A DNA stretch of 64,000 bases from a virus: IMG/VR virus record IMGVR_UViG_3300042691_038416, positions 1-64,000 of that record. One strand, given 5' to 3'. The notes beneath the pieces were generated by a model. The model did not search any database, was not told the DNA's origin, and was given only the letters and a program-made list of their open reading frames with translations. Of this stretch, positions 49,110 to 58,542 are shown one piece after another. Within the stretch, counting starts at the first letter, position 1; each line of letters begins with the position of its first letter. A program made the position numbers and the translations under genes.

Positions 49110-50963
49110 TTATAATGATACTACTCTACCTTGAATATCAGCGTTCGGATATTTTACTTCAAAAATCATAGGATCTATTGATGGATAAACTACTCCATTT
49201 TTAGTAGCTCCAGGAATATCATAAGCATATTCTGAGTAGCCTAAACTAGTTCCTACAAAATTTGAAATTTCAATATTTTTAACTGTTTGAACTCCTTCTA
49301 TTTTATCTAATAGAATATATAAATCTCTTAATATAATAGGTTGATTAATTTGCCAATTTTCAATAGCAAAATATGTTTGTAATGCTGTTATACAATTAGT
49401 TAAAACTAAATTATTATTATAATTAGGTAAAACAATAATATCAAAATTAACTCCTATATTAATAACAAAAGCATCTTTTATATTAATAGAATCATTTACC
49501 ATTCTATATTGAGAAAGATAAGTTATTAAATTTTGTTTTAAAGCATATGAAGCATTAATTAAATTTTTATTGATATCATAAGTTAAAATATATAAATCTA
49601 ATATACCTAAGTTTTCACCAGGAAGAGCATTTCTTAATTTTGTTGGTTCAATATATGCTTTAGCTACTTCACCATATTTAGAAGGCATAGATAAAGCTCT
49701 TACTAAATAGTCATCTTGAGTAACATTTCGTTGTTGACTAGCGAAATTAGATATTGAGTTTTGTCTTATTTCTTCAATTGAATCTCCATCTCCTCCTCCA
49801 CTAGCTGCTTCAGGATTAGTTATAGCTAAAGAATTAAAAATATTATCAGCTAAAGCAGTATTAGAAATATTAGGATTTAAAAAATTTATAGTACCATTTA
49901 ATGTGTTTAAAGTATTAGCAGAAATATTAGCTGTGACTCCACCTCCTGTTAAATATCTAAATGTTAGTGTGGTATTTGAAGGAGCAATACCATAAGTTTT
50001 TGTATATAAAAAGTTTGAAGGTGAATACGCTGTTGTGAGTTTATCTTGTTCAAATGGTAAACCAATACCTACATTATCTGGGTTAGGTATTATAGTTTCA
50101 TCTGAATCTGTGGTAGTACCTGCTCCGAATTGAATTTGTAGAGTATTAGAATCTTTAAAACGGGTAGTAAATCTATTTTGTATTTTTTTAAGTTTTAATA
50201 AATAAGGTGTATTACCTGGGTTTTGAGATAGATTAGGATCATTAACATTAGTATTTTTGATACTATCATAAATCATTTCTTGACCTAAATAATCTACTTC
50301 ATACCAATTATTACCATCACTATCAACACAATCTAGTATACCAATTAAATTAGAAGTACTTATTTCAACTGTTGAGAATTTAATAGGAGAAGTGAATGAA
50401 AATGTAGTTGTATTAATAGCAGCTGATATAGCTTTTCTTGTTTTCTTTAATAAAAAAGATTGAGGATTAACTCCAGCTATTTCATAAATAGTAATCTCAG
50501 TTGGATCATTAGAGCTAGAAACTGTAAAATCAACGGGATCATTTATTAAAAATGAGTTATTTGAAGAATCAACAGCTGTAGAATTACCAGCTATATATAA
50601 AGCATAATCAAAATCAGGTACATAAGAACCACCAGATATTTTAGATGGAACTTTTTGATAAAAATCAATATCTACAACTGCCACACCAGTAACATTTGGT
50701 TTATAACCAAACATATAAGCTAATTCAAATAAATTATTTGACTGACGAGCAAATTGTAAATAATTTTCTTGTACTTGATTATCCAAATAAAATGACAAAA
50801 CATCACCTACATATGATGCCATCTCAATAAACATCATCCCAGGAGATGATGGACTAAAATCATTATATGTTGTTGGATAATAGGTTTTAGCATAATCAAT
50901 TAAGCTTGTCCTATAATCACTAAAACTTTTATTAAGATATTTTATATTTTTAATTACAGCCAT
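49110..50963 (-). CDS. Baseplate wedge protein, T4 gp6/J-like
   Basis: DFSPSSPGMMFIEMASYVGDVLSFY; IQFGAG; GGGDGDSIEEIR; RNVTQDDY. Confidence 0.85.
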   Translation of the reverse strand: MAVIKNIKYLNKSFSDYRTSLIDYAKTYYPTTYNDFSPSSPGMMFIEMASYVGDVLSFYLDNQVQENYLQFARQSNNLFELAYMFGYKPNVTGVAVVDIDFYQKVPSKISGGSYVPDFDYALYIAGNSTAVDSSNNSFLINDPVDFTVSSSNDPTEITIYEIAGVNPQSFLLKKTRKAISAAINTTTFSFTSPIKFSTVEISTSNLIGILDCVDSDGNNWYEVDYLGQEMIYDSIKNTNVNDPNLSQNPGNTPYLLKLKKIQNRFTTRFKDSNTLQIQFGAGTTTDSDETIIPNPDNVGIGLPFEQDKLTTAYSPSNFLYTKTYGIAPSNTTLTFRYLTGGGVTANISANTLNTLNGTINFLNPNISNTALADNIFNSLAITNPEAASGGGDGDSIEEIRQNSISNFASQQRNVTQDDYLVRALSMPSKYGEVAKAYIEPTKLRNALPGENLGILDLYILTYDINKNLINASYALKQNLITYLSQYRMVNDSINIKDAFVINIGVNFDIIVLPNYNNNLVLTNCITALQTYFAIENWQINQPIILRDLYILLDKIEGVQTVKNIEISNFVGTSLGYSEYAYDIPGATKNGVVYPSIDPMIFEVKYPNADIQGRVVSL

Positions 50964-50965
50964 TA

Positions 50966-51373
50966 TTATGAGAATGTTATTTGAACTTGATCATTTATTC
51001 CTGTGTCTATTATACTATATGTTATTATTATCTCAATTTCATTAGTATCAGGATATTGTAAGATATCTAATTTTTCTACTTTAATATTAGGAAAATAATA
51101 ATTTATTAATTGTTGGATAGAATCTTTAAGATTATTAATATTATTTGTTGTAATTTGTTCAAAAATAAATTGTCTTAAATTAGCTCCAAAATCAATATTT
51201 AAAAATCTTTCAGTTTTATTAGTTAATAAATAATTTAATAAATTATTTCTAATAGCGTCTTTTGTAGTATATGTTGAAAAAAAAGTAGAAGGAGCATTAA
51301 AAGGCAAAGACACACCTATAGCAGTGCCTGGTTTAGTATCTAAAGGAAATATCTTTTTTGCTCCAAATGCCAT
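50966..51373 (-). CDS. Baseplate wedge protein, gp25-like
   Basis: IRNNLLNYLLTNKTERFLNIDFGANL. Confidence 0.85.
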   Translation of the reverse strand: MAFGAKKIFPLDTKPGTAIGVSLPFNAPSTFFSTYTTKDAIRNNLLNYLLTNKTERFLNIDFGANLRQFIFEQITTNNINNLKDSIQQLINYYFPNIKVEKLDILQYPDTNEIEIIITYSIIDTGINDQVQITFS

Positions 51374-51375
51374 AA

Positions 51376-51729
51376 TTATTTATTTATTAAATTCATTATT
51401 TGATCTAATCCTAATTGTCCTTGAGGTAAAGCACTTCCTTCAGCCATAGTATTAATAGGACCATTTATTTTAAATTCACCAGATAAACCAGTTTCAGGAC
51501 CTTTAGCCATATCACCTAAAATATCCATATATGCTTGTTTAGTATTTATAGGAGTTTTAGGTACTTGATTTGATGTGAAATTTAAAGTTCTATCATCACT
51601 TACCTGGTAAGATTCTTTGATAGGTTGCTTGTTAGAACGAATTGTTTCAAGTAGAATATCTTTTAATTCTTCTTGAATTGCTTCTTTAACTGCTTCTTTG
51701 ATAATTTTTTTAAGTATATCAGTTTTCAT
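51376..51729 (-). CDS. Hypothetical late protein
   Basis: ILKKIIKEAVKEAIQEELKDILLE tag; late motif 3 nt upstream of ATG. Confidence 0.55.
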   Translation of the reverse strand: MKTDILKKIIKEAVKEAIQEELKDILLETIRSNKQPIKESYQVSDDRTLNFTSNQVPKTPINTKQAYMDILGDMAKGPETGLSGEFKINGPINTMAEGSALPQGQLGLDQIMNLINK

Positions 51730-51746
51730 CTATTATAAATATTTAA

Positions 51747-52577
51747 TTAATCAGCTTTTAAATTATTTGAGTCAATTAAAAGTTTAATTTGGTTAAGTAA
51801 AGTTTGATCATTTGTGGTAAATGATAAAGGAGTTGATAATAATATTATATTATCTTTATTTTTTGCTACAGCTTTTCTTCTATTTACAGTTGGTGAATAT
51901 GGTTCTTCAATTATTTCTAAAGTAAATTCTTGATATACTTCTTTATTACTTGGAATATTTTCAAGTTCAGAATACTGTTGATTTATTTTAATAGCATAAT
52001 CATTAATTATTGGTGAATCAGTTATTGATACTCCACATCCAGTTAAATATTGATCTATACTTTTTAAAATATTTACTAATTTAGATAAAATACTATTAAC
52101 ATAATCTAAGGCTCCCTTAATAGAATTTAATTTATTTGATGCTTGAGTTATAATAGGAGGTATAGTACCATTTAATAAATCTTTAGCAATAGATAATCCT
52201 GTTATTAATTGACCAGGAATAGGAATTGATGGTGGAGTTACTAACATAGCAGTACTAATTGCTGTAACAGTAGTTTTAGCTATACCTAAACTTGTTTTAG
52301 CTGTATTAACTGATGTAGTTAATGGGTCTAAAGATTTACTTAAAGTTTCAATTATTTTAGAAGCAGAATTAATTTGATTTACTATACTATTTCTAAATTT
52401 TAAAATTTCTTGAAGTTCATCATTAAATAAACAAGCACTAGGTAACTCTACATTTGGTTGACCTATATTTTGAATACCGGTTTTAGCCGCTATTTGAGCT
52501 ATAGTAGGTACTGATTGCTGAATTAATTTTTCAGCGGTTTTAATCAATAAAGCAGGTATTTTACTTTGAGCGCTCAT
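51747..52577 (-). CDS. Hypothetical helical tail-module protein
   Basis: 276 aa, amphipathic helices. Confidence 0.55.
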   Translation of the reverse strand: MSAQSKIPALLIKTAEKLIQQSVPTIAQIAAKTGIQNIGQPNVELPSACLFNDELQEILKFRNSIVNQINSASKIIETLSKSLDPLTTSVNTAKTSLGIAKTTVTAISTAMLVTPPSIPIPGQLITGLSIAKDLLNGTIPPIITQASNKLNSIKGALDYVNSILSKLVNILKSIDQYLTGCGVSITDSPIINDYAIKINQQYSELENIPSNKEVYQEFTLEIIEEPYSPTVNRRKAVAKNKDNIILLSTPLSFTTNDQTLLNQIKLLIDSNNLKAD

Positions 52578-53443
52578 TTAGTTAATACTCCTTTTATTCC
52601 AGTTTGAATTTGTAATGTTTTTTTATCTACATTTGTTTTAACAGTATCAGCATTTACTTTTTCTGCTGATTTAGATATAGATACAGTTTCTGCTAATGAT
52701 GTCCATTCTCTTCTTGTATTAAAATTATATGTCCATTTATCTTCAGGATGTTTGGTAGGATCATAAAGTGTTATGATTTGAAAAAGTGATTTTCTTGTAC
52801 TACTATTTTCTTTATTCCATTTCTCAAAATCTCCATTTGACACAACATATCTTTTATTTCCCCAAACTATAGGGATTAAAAGTTCAGGAGCACCATTTGT
52901 GACAATTTCTTTCCCATCTTTATCTTTATATTTATTAACAACTATCATTGTTAATAATTTAGGATACTCCATTCTAAGAGTTTGAGTTCCTAACCAACCA
53001 TCTACTTGAGCATTAGGATCAGTTTTTTGAGTAAATCTTTGAATAGCATATATATCTTCTCGAGTGAGTGGATTTTGAAATCCTCTATTAGGTGATGAGC
53101 CACCAAATCGGACCCAATTAGAATCTTGATTAGTATTAAATTCTCTAATAAGATCTAAAGTCAAACTCTCCCATACTGCTTGACTATTTAAAGATGTATC
53201 ATTTATATTTACTCGTGGAGGAATAATATTATCATTTTCATCTTTTGAACTTTGAGTAGCAAATCTTAAAAAAGCACTCCATTTTTCTTGAGTATATCCT
53301 TTATCACGTCCTCCTAAAGATTCAATATCAAATGGATTTAAATTAAATTTTAATGGAGCTGTAAGATCTACTCCTGTAGAACTATATCTATAATCTCTTT
53401 GACCATCTGATCCTGTAGGTGGAGTTACTAAAGTTTTAGCCAT
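52574..53443 (-). CDS. Hypothetical protein with peptidoglycan-binding-like motif
   Basis: IQRF...VDGWLGTQTL; next to putative spike gene. Confidence 0.45.
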   Translation of the reverse strand: MAKTLVTPPTGSDGQRDYRYSSTGVDLTAPLKFNLNPFDIESLGGRDKGYTQEKWSAFLRFATQSSKDENDNIIPPRVNINDTSLNSQAVWESLTLDLIREFNTNQDSNWVRFGGSSPNRGFQNPLTREDIYAIQRFTQKTDPNAQVDGWLGTQTLRMEYPKLLTMIVVNKYKDKDGKEIVTNGAPELLIPIVWGNKRYVVSNGDFEKWNKENSSTRKSLFQIITLYDPTKHPEDKWTYNFNTRREWTSLAETVSISKSAEKVNADTVKTNVDKKTLQIQTGIKGVLTK

Positions 53444-54714
53444 TATACTGTAAAATTACGTTTTGAAGTTATAGTACAATTACTAGGAGATGAACCTAAT
53501 TGAGCATTTAAAGAATCTAAAATTCCTAGAACTTTAGTAGCAGGGACTAATAAATTAGGAAACACCGCTGGTGTATTAGGAGCTACAGGTGCAGATTGAA
53601 GAAATTGTAATGCTGTTGCTAATTCTTTAATAGATGAAGTAAGATCTCTTAATACTTGAGCTGTTGTATCTCCTAATAATAATGGTTCAGTAGCTAAATC
53701 TTCTTTACCTAAAAATATTTTATCCGCTTGAGTAATAAACTTTTTAGTGTCTATATTAACTGATTCTAAAGCATTAAAATTAATAGATTTAGCTGAGCTT
53801 AATAATATATGATCTAAATGAGCATTAAATACTAATCTACCTGAGTCTAGAATTATTTGGGCCCCAGAATATTTATTTGGAGATGTGGGAGCTACTTTGT
53901 CATTATAACTAACATAACTATCACTAGATACAGTTATAGGTATATTTTGAGTACTAGTTAGGTATATAGAAGATAAGTCTAAAGTTATATTTTCTGTGGT
54001 AGGAATCCATCCTTCTTTAGTTTGATCACCTTGTCCATTTCTAATTATAGTGATAGGATCTCCATTTTCACCAGTTGAAGACCAATTATTAGGAGTTCCA
54101 TTAACTGTACTTCCTAAACGTATTGAATTACCCCATCTACCTTCAAGTATAGTATCACCTTCAAAAGGTAATAAAGGATGTATATTAGCTCGTTCTTTAA
54201 AAGTTTTACCTAAATTAATTTCAGTTGAATTATCTGTTACTCTTCTAACACTTCCAGCTTGAGTTTGAGTATAATCCTTTTTTTGAGATGGAGGTAATTC
54301 ATTAGAATTATCAGGATACCCATTATGATGAGGATGATTCCAAAGATTAATTGTATTAATATAATAAGCGTTAATTGAGTAAGGATTATTTCCTAAATCA
54401 GTATTAGGAGCTAATATAATATATACTAATTCATTTACTAATGGATATTTTTTAATATTTGAATCTATAGGTTTAGCGAATCCACTTATATTTTGAACTC
54501 TTTTATCTATAGATTCATATTGTATAATACCTAAACCATTCCATTCACCTAAAGAATTAAATTTATTTTTATCACTATCATCTAATAATATATCTTTAAC
54601 TCTAGCTATAGTGATAATATTATTAGTAGATTGAGCTAAATTAGTAAGAAAATCATTTCCATATTTAGAAGAAAATCTATTATTTACAGCTGAAAAACCA
54701 TATTTAGTTATCAT
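53443..54714 (-). CDS. Baseplate hub/spike (gp5/Vgr-like) protein
   Basis: OB-fold-like YPLVNELV; GDTILEGRWGNSIRLG; beta-repeat region; EPLLLGD. Confidence 0.6.
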   Translation of the reverse strand: MITKYGFSAVNNRFSSKYGNDFLTNLAQSTNNIITIARVKDILLDDSDKNKFNSLGEWNGLGIIQYESIDKRVQNISGFAKPIDSNIKKYPLVNELVYIILAPNTDLGNNPYSINAYYINTINLWNHPHHNGYPDNSNELPPSQKKDYTQTQAGSVRRVTDNSTEINLGKTFKERANIHPLLPFEGDTILEGRWGNSIRLGSTVNGTPNNWSSTGENGDPITIIRNGQGDQTKEGWIPTTENITLDLSSIYLTSTQNIPITVSSDSYVSYNDKVAPTSPNKYSGAQIILDSGRLVFNAHLDHILLSSAKSINFNALESVNIDTKKFITQADKIFLGKEDLATEPLLLGDTTAQVLRDLTSSIKELATALQFLQSAPVAPNTPAVFPNLLVPATKVLGILDSLNAQLGSSPSNCTITSKRNFTV

Positions 54715-55066
54715 TGTTATTTGGTTTTAAATTTTCTTGGATTTTATTTATTTCACCTAATAATTGCGCTTTTTCTTCTTCAGAGATTAGATAATTATCT
54801 CCTCCTCCAGCATTATCATTTGATAAACAACGCTGAATAATTGTGGCCATTTTAATTAATTGTTCGTCATTTTTAACACCTATTTCAAGATATTCTTTAA
54901 TTAATGGAACAACTAAGGTAGCATCACCAATATCATCAATTAAAGGTTTTAATTCTTCAATCAACGCGGATATTTGTTTTTCTTTTTTCTTTTGGTTTTG
55001 ATAAATTTCTTGAAAAATATCTTTTAATTTTTTATCACCAAAAATATCAGAATCTAAACTACTCAT
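54704..55066 (-). CDS. Hypothetical helical protein
   Basis: 120 aa; late motif variant upstream. Confidence 0.6.
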   Translation of the reverse strand: MSSLDSDIFGDKKLKDIFQEIYQNQKKKEKQISALIEELKPLIDDIGDATLVVPLIKEYLEIGVKNDEQLIKMATIIQRCLSNDNAGGGDNYLISEEEKAQLLGEINKIQENLKPNNNDN

Positions 55067-55102
55067 AATTAAGATAATATTTATTTATCATAAATACTAG
55101 AT

Positions 55103-55807
55103 TTATTGAAATTTTATATATCCATTTTCTATATAAAAGATATAACCTTTTTTATATATATCATATAAACGATCAGCTATTTTAGTAATTTTAGGAGTTT
55201 TAACATCTATCATTTCTCGTATATAGATATATAATGCTTTTTTATTAAATACTTCTAAACTATCACGTTTTCTAAATAACTCAAGAATAGCATCAGCTAT
55301 TTTAGCATCATTTTCTTTAGGGAAAATATGATATATATTTGAAGTACAATAATCTACAAATAAATCTGTGAATAAAGATATTTTATCATTATGACCTAGT
55401 TTATCACTAGGTGAATTATTTTCTTCAATAACATATGAGTGACTATTATCTTCTTCTAATACAGATGTAGAAACTGAGTTAACACGTTTTTTGTAATTTT
55501 TTTCATTATATAAAATTAACCAACGTTTAACAATAGTACCAAAATATGAATATGCTTTAGCTCCTTTAGATGGGTCAAATAAATGTATTTTACTGAGTAA
55601 AAAAGTTATAATTTCATGTTGTAAATCTTCAATATTTTCAACTTCAGTATAATAAAATTTAAATGTATGGATAATATTTTGAGTTAATTTAAAGAAAGCA
55701 TAATGAATTTTTTCATCATATATTTTACTTCTTATAATAGGATCGTCACATAAATTATAGGCTACTATAGCGTCCTCAGTATCTTGTGTAAAGTAATTTT
55801 TACTCAT
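55103..55807 (-). CDS. Phage RNA polymerase sigma factor (late, gp55-like)
   Basis: Region-2-like DLQHE...FDPSKGAKAYSYFGTIVKRWLI. Confidence 0.75.
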   Translation of the reverse strand: MSKNYFTQDTEDAIVAYNLCDDPIIRSKIYDEKIHYAFFKLTQNIIHTFKFYYTEVENIEDLQHEIITFLLSKIHLFDPSKGAKAYSYFGTIVKRWLILYNEKNYKKRVNSVSTSVLEEDNSHSYVIEENNSPSDKLGHNDKISLFTDLFVDYCTSNIYHIFPKENDAKIADAILELFRKRDSLEVFNKKALYIYIREMIDVKTPKITKIADRLYDIYKKGYIFYIENGYIKFQ

Positions 55808-56077
55808 TTATTTAACTTTAAAATTATTTAATTGTTCTTGAAGATACTTTAATTGTTGAAAAAAGAATCCTACTTCATCATCACTTTCAAATGATCCTTT
55901 ACGGTCTATTTCTTTAAGTTTTTCATTTGAGAAACTAATTGTGTTAGATAAGTTAACCATATAGTTTTCATATGAACTAATTATATCCTCACATTTTTCA
56001 TTTTTCTTAAGAAGATTATAAGAGGTATAACCTAATATAATCACTAAAACTGAGAGTATTGATATAGCTATTACCAT
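55808..56077 (-). CDS. Small membrane-anchored protein
   Basis: N-terminal TM helix, coiled coil, DDEVGFFF. Confidence 0.6.
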   Translation of the reverse strand: MVIAISILSVLVIILGYTSYNLLKKNEKCEDIISSYENYMVNLSNTISFSNEKLKEIDRKGSFESDDEVGFFFQQLKYLQEQLNNFKVK

Positions 56078-56087
56078 AGTTTGAATA

Positions 56088-56118
56088 TAAAAAGGCTGTA
56101 ACTTTCATTACAACCTTT
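56088..56118 (-). terminator. Probable intrinsic terminator
   Basis: AAAGG(C)TGTAA/TTACA(A)CCTTT imperfect stem plus U-tract. Confidence 0.5.
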
Positions 56119-56138
56119 ATTTTAATTATTATTTATTA

Positions 56139-56921
56139 TTAATCTTTAAAAAAATCATTCATTGCATTTTTTAAACTAGCGCTTTTTATATTACTTAAAG
56201 CTTTAGTTTTAGTTGGAGCTTTTTTCTCTGTCTTAGGTAATGTACTATCCTTTTTTTGAGGAACCACATTTCCTGTTAATTTAGGCATCCACTCACGTTC
56301 AAATTCAACACGAGCAGCCATTAAATCTGCTTGATGTAGAATATAAATTAAAGCAGTACGTGGTTTAGTTTCTGGCATCCATGACATTAAATAAGGTTTA
56401 TTTGCTTCATCATATAAACCATCATGTAATTTAATAGCTAACATTTCATTTTTAGTATATGAAATGCCATGTTGATTAAGTAAATATAAACCACGATCTG
56501 GTACTGACATAAATTCTAAAGCATCATTAAATTTATAATCTTCACCTAATTTATCTTTACGCCATTGGTCAGTCTGAGGAATATATGCTTCATTTTTCTC
56601 ATCTCCCATCTTACCTAAATCATGATTCATAGCAGAGAACACTAACTCTTCAGTGGTCCAATTCTTATGAACATTATATTTAGTCCAAATTTGATCAAAA
56701 TCAAGAGCAGCTCGAATAACTCGATTAACATGTTCAATATATCCACCTGGGAAAGCATTATGATATTCTTTTTTATGAGCAGCAGGCATTAACATGATAC
56801 GCTCTGCATATTTCTCATAAAAAGTTTTTAAATAAGATCTACGTGGTTCTGAGATATATGTTTCAATATATGAGATAAACTCATCCCAATTTTCTTGGAT
56901 TTGTTCTGCTGTTAAATTCAT
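56139..56921 (-). CDS. HD-domain phosphohydrolase
   Basis: HNAFPGGYIEH, NHDLGK, LHDG, HQAD. Start reassigned to MNLTAEQ (56921) because the extension overlaps 56923..57123. Confidence 0.8.
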   Translation of the reverse strand: MNLTAEQIQENWDEFISYIETYISEPRRSYLKTFYEKYAERIMLMPAAHKKEYHNAFPGGYIEHVNRVIRAALDFDQIWTKYNVHKNWTTEELVFSAMNHDLGKMGDEKNEAYIPQTDQWRKDKLGEDYKFNDALEFMSVPDRGLYLLNQHGISYTKNEMLAIKLHDGLYDEANKPYLMSWMPETKPRTALIYILHQADLMAARVEFEREWMPKLTGNVVPQKKDSTLPKTEKKAPTKTKALSNIKSASLKNAMNDFFKD

Positions 56922-56922
56922 A

Positions 56923-57123
56923 TTACTGAGCTGATGTATTAAGTTCGTATCCTGTAATAGGTTCTGAATCGATATATGTTCTGAGTTGATCGATTTGTTC
57001 ACGCATATTTTCTGCGGTTTCATTAAATCCTTGTTCATCACCTCTTCTGAGGAGATTAATTAATTTGTTTAAAGATGTATCAATTTGATCAATCTTTCTA
57101 AGAGCTGCTTCTCTATTTCTCAT
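56923..57123 (-). CDS. Small helical hypothetical protein
   Basis: 66 aa; promoter at 57222-57248 with a long leader. Confidence 0.6.
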   Translation of the reverse strand: MRNREAALRKIDQIDTSLNKLINLLRRGDEQGFNETAENMREQIDQLRTYIDSEPITGYELNTSAQ

Positions 57124-57251
57124 AAATTTATATTTAGTTTATAACTTACCCCCATTTACTCATCCGCGCCTTACTCATTTCCTTCTCGCCTCATATTCTT
57201 TTCCTTAAAACCCGTAATACTAATATACGTGAGAAATTTTAAAAGGCCAAA

Positions 57252-57671
57252 CTATTTTAAAAACTCTTTTATTTTATTTTCAATATTTTTCAATAGGGCA
57301 CATTTTTCATACTCTTCTAAGGGCTCAAAAAATTGAATAGCTATTTGTAAATTATGAACCATAGATTCATCAGCCTTAGACTTTAAGCATTCAATATGAA
57401 AAGGTTTATCTAAATCAAAATCCTTAATATAATTCCAAGCTTTTCTAAACATTAACTCCTCACCAGCTTTCTCTAACTCCTCTATATTGATATCCGGAGA
57501 TATACTTTGAAATGTTTTAACAGTATATTGTTTAAAAAATAAATGATTACTTATAACTTTATTAAAACCACTAATCCAAAAAAGAGGATGCTCAGAAAAA
57601 TCCATCAACAATGATGTTTCATCATCACTATTTTCACTATTAAACAAATTAAATATACTATTGATGTTCAT
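57252..57671 (-). CDS. Hypothetical protein with C-terminal UVR-like motif
   Basis: EEYEKCALLK. Confidence 0.6.
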   Translation of the reverse strand: MNINSIFNLFNSENSDDETSLLMDFSEHPLFWISGFNKVISNHLFFKQYTVKTFQSISPDINIEELEKAGEELMFRKAWNYIKDFDLDKPFHIECLKSKADESMVHNLQIAIQFFEPLEEYEKCALLKNIENKIKEFLK

Positions 57672-57682
57672 AATGATAGAGA

Positions 57683-57712
57683 AATTGCCTCATAAATAAA
57701 TACGAGGCAATT
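57683..57712 (-). terminator. Hairpin / terminator
   Basis: AATTGCCTC/GAGGCAATT inverted repeat just after the lipoprotein stop. Confidence 0.55.
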
Positions 57713-57717
57713 CTTAA

Positions 57718-57885
57718 TTATTTAGTAACAGCTGTGTCTGTAGTAGCTGTAACAGAATCTACAGTTGAAGATACCTCAACACTCAAAGTATCAACTGGCG
57801 CAGCTGAAGTAGGAGTTTCACTAGTAGATGAAGAACAAGATGCTAACAAAGTAGCAATCGCGAATAGAATAAGTACTTTTTTCAT
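57718..57885 (-). CDS. Small S/T-rich lipoprotein
   Basis: Not in ORF track. MKKVLILFAIATLLASCSSSTSETPTSAAPVDTLSVEVSSTVDSVTATTDTAVTK; lipobox LASC; own promoter. Confidence 0.8.
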   Translation of the reverse strand: MKKVLILFAIATLLASCSSSTSETPTSAAPVDTLSVEVSSTVDSVTATTDTAVTK

Positions 57886-57973
57886 TTTTTGTTTTTTAAT
57901 TTGTTTTTTTTAAGGTTAATAATGATTTAATATATAATAAATATCCTAAGATTCCAAATAAAATAAATATTTT

Positions 57974-58165
57974 TCAATCTGTTTTCAAAATATTAGTATA
58001 ATATATAACTGTGTCCCAACCATCCTTAGAAGGATAAATCGGATCAGTAGAAGATTCTATGGTATAAAAATATAAAAAACTATTAGTAAAATCTTCATCC
58101 GCGGAGACATACTTTGATGCCTCCTCAGATGAAATTTTTTTAAGCGGCTTAAAGCGTCTTTCCAT
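57974..58165 (-). CDS. Hypothetical protein
   Basis: 63-aa ORF in gene-dense run. Confidence 0.5.
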   Translation of the reverse strand: MERRFKPLKKISSEEASKYVSADEDFTNSFLYFYTIESSTDPIYPSKDGWDTVIYYTNILKTD

Positions 58166-58193
58166 TACCTAACCTATCTTTATACGTATATAC

Positions 58194-58334
58194 TTATTTA
58201 CTTTTACGCTTCATAACCTCACTAATAGAATTGTGAGCGTTATTAGTGTACGGTTTACTCTTAGGTTTAAATTTCATGAATGCTAACCATTCTTTAAGAC
58301 ATTCAACGCTTTGTTTAGGACTGTTTTTTGACAT
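58194..58334 (-). CDS. Small basic hypothetical protein
   Basis: Not in ORF track. 46 aa MSKNSPKQSVECLKEWLAFMKFK...; fills the gap after 58339 gene. Confidence 0.55.
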   Translation of the reverse strand: MSKNSPKQSVECLKEWLAFMKFKPKSKPYTNNAHNSISEVMKRKSK

Positions 58335-58338
58335 ATGA

Positions 58339-58542
58339 TTATTCGTTTATTAATATTTTTCTAGTTGAAACTCGTACTGCGGGGTGATTTACTCCTGCGC
58401 GTTTGCGCTCTGGAATATATCTACCATGTTTTGGTCTGTCAAATTTTCTTAGCACTGATGTTTGATAACGAGTGTGCATGTGTGATGTTTGACATGATGT
58501 GATGATCACTGTGGTGATTAATAATAGAATAAATTTTTTCAT
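58339..58542 (-). CDS. Small basic lipoprotein
   Basis: MKKFILLLITTVIITSC lipobox; own promoter. Confidence 0.7.
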   Translation of the reverse strand: MKKFILLLITTVIITSCQTSHMHTRYQTSVLRKFDRPKHGRYIPERKRAGVNHPAVRVSTRKILINE

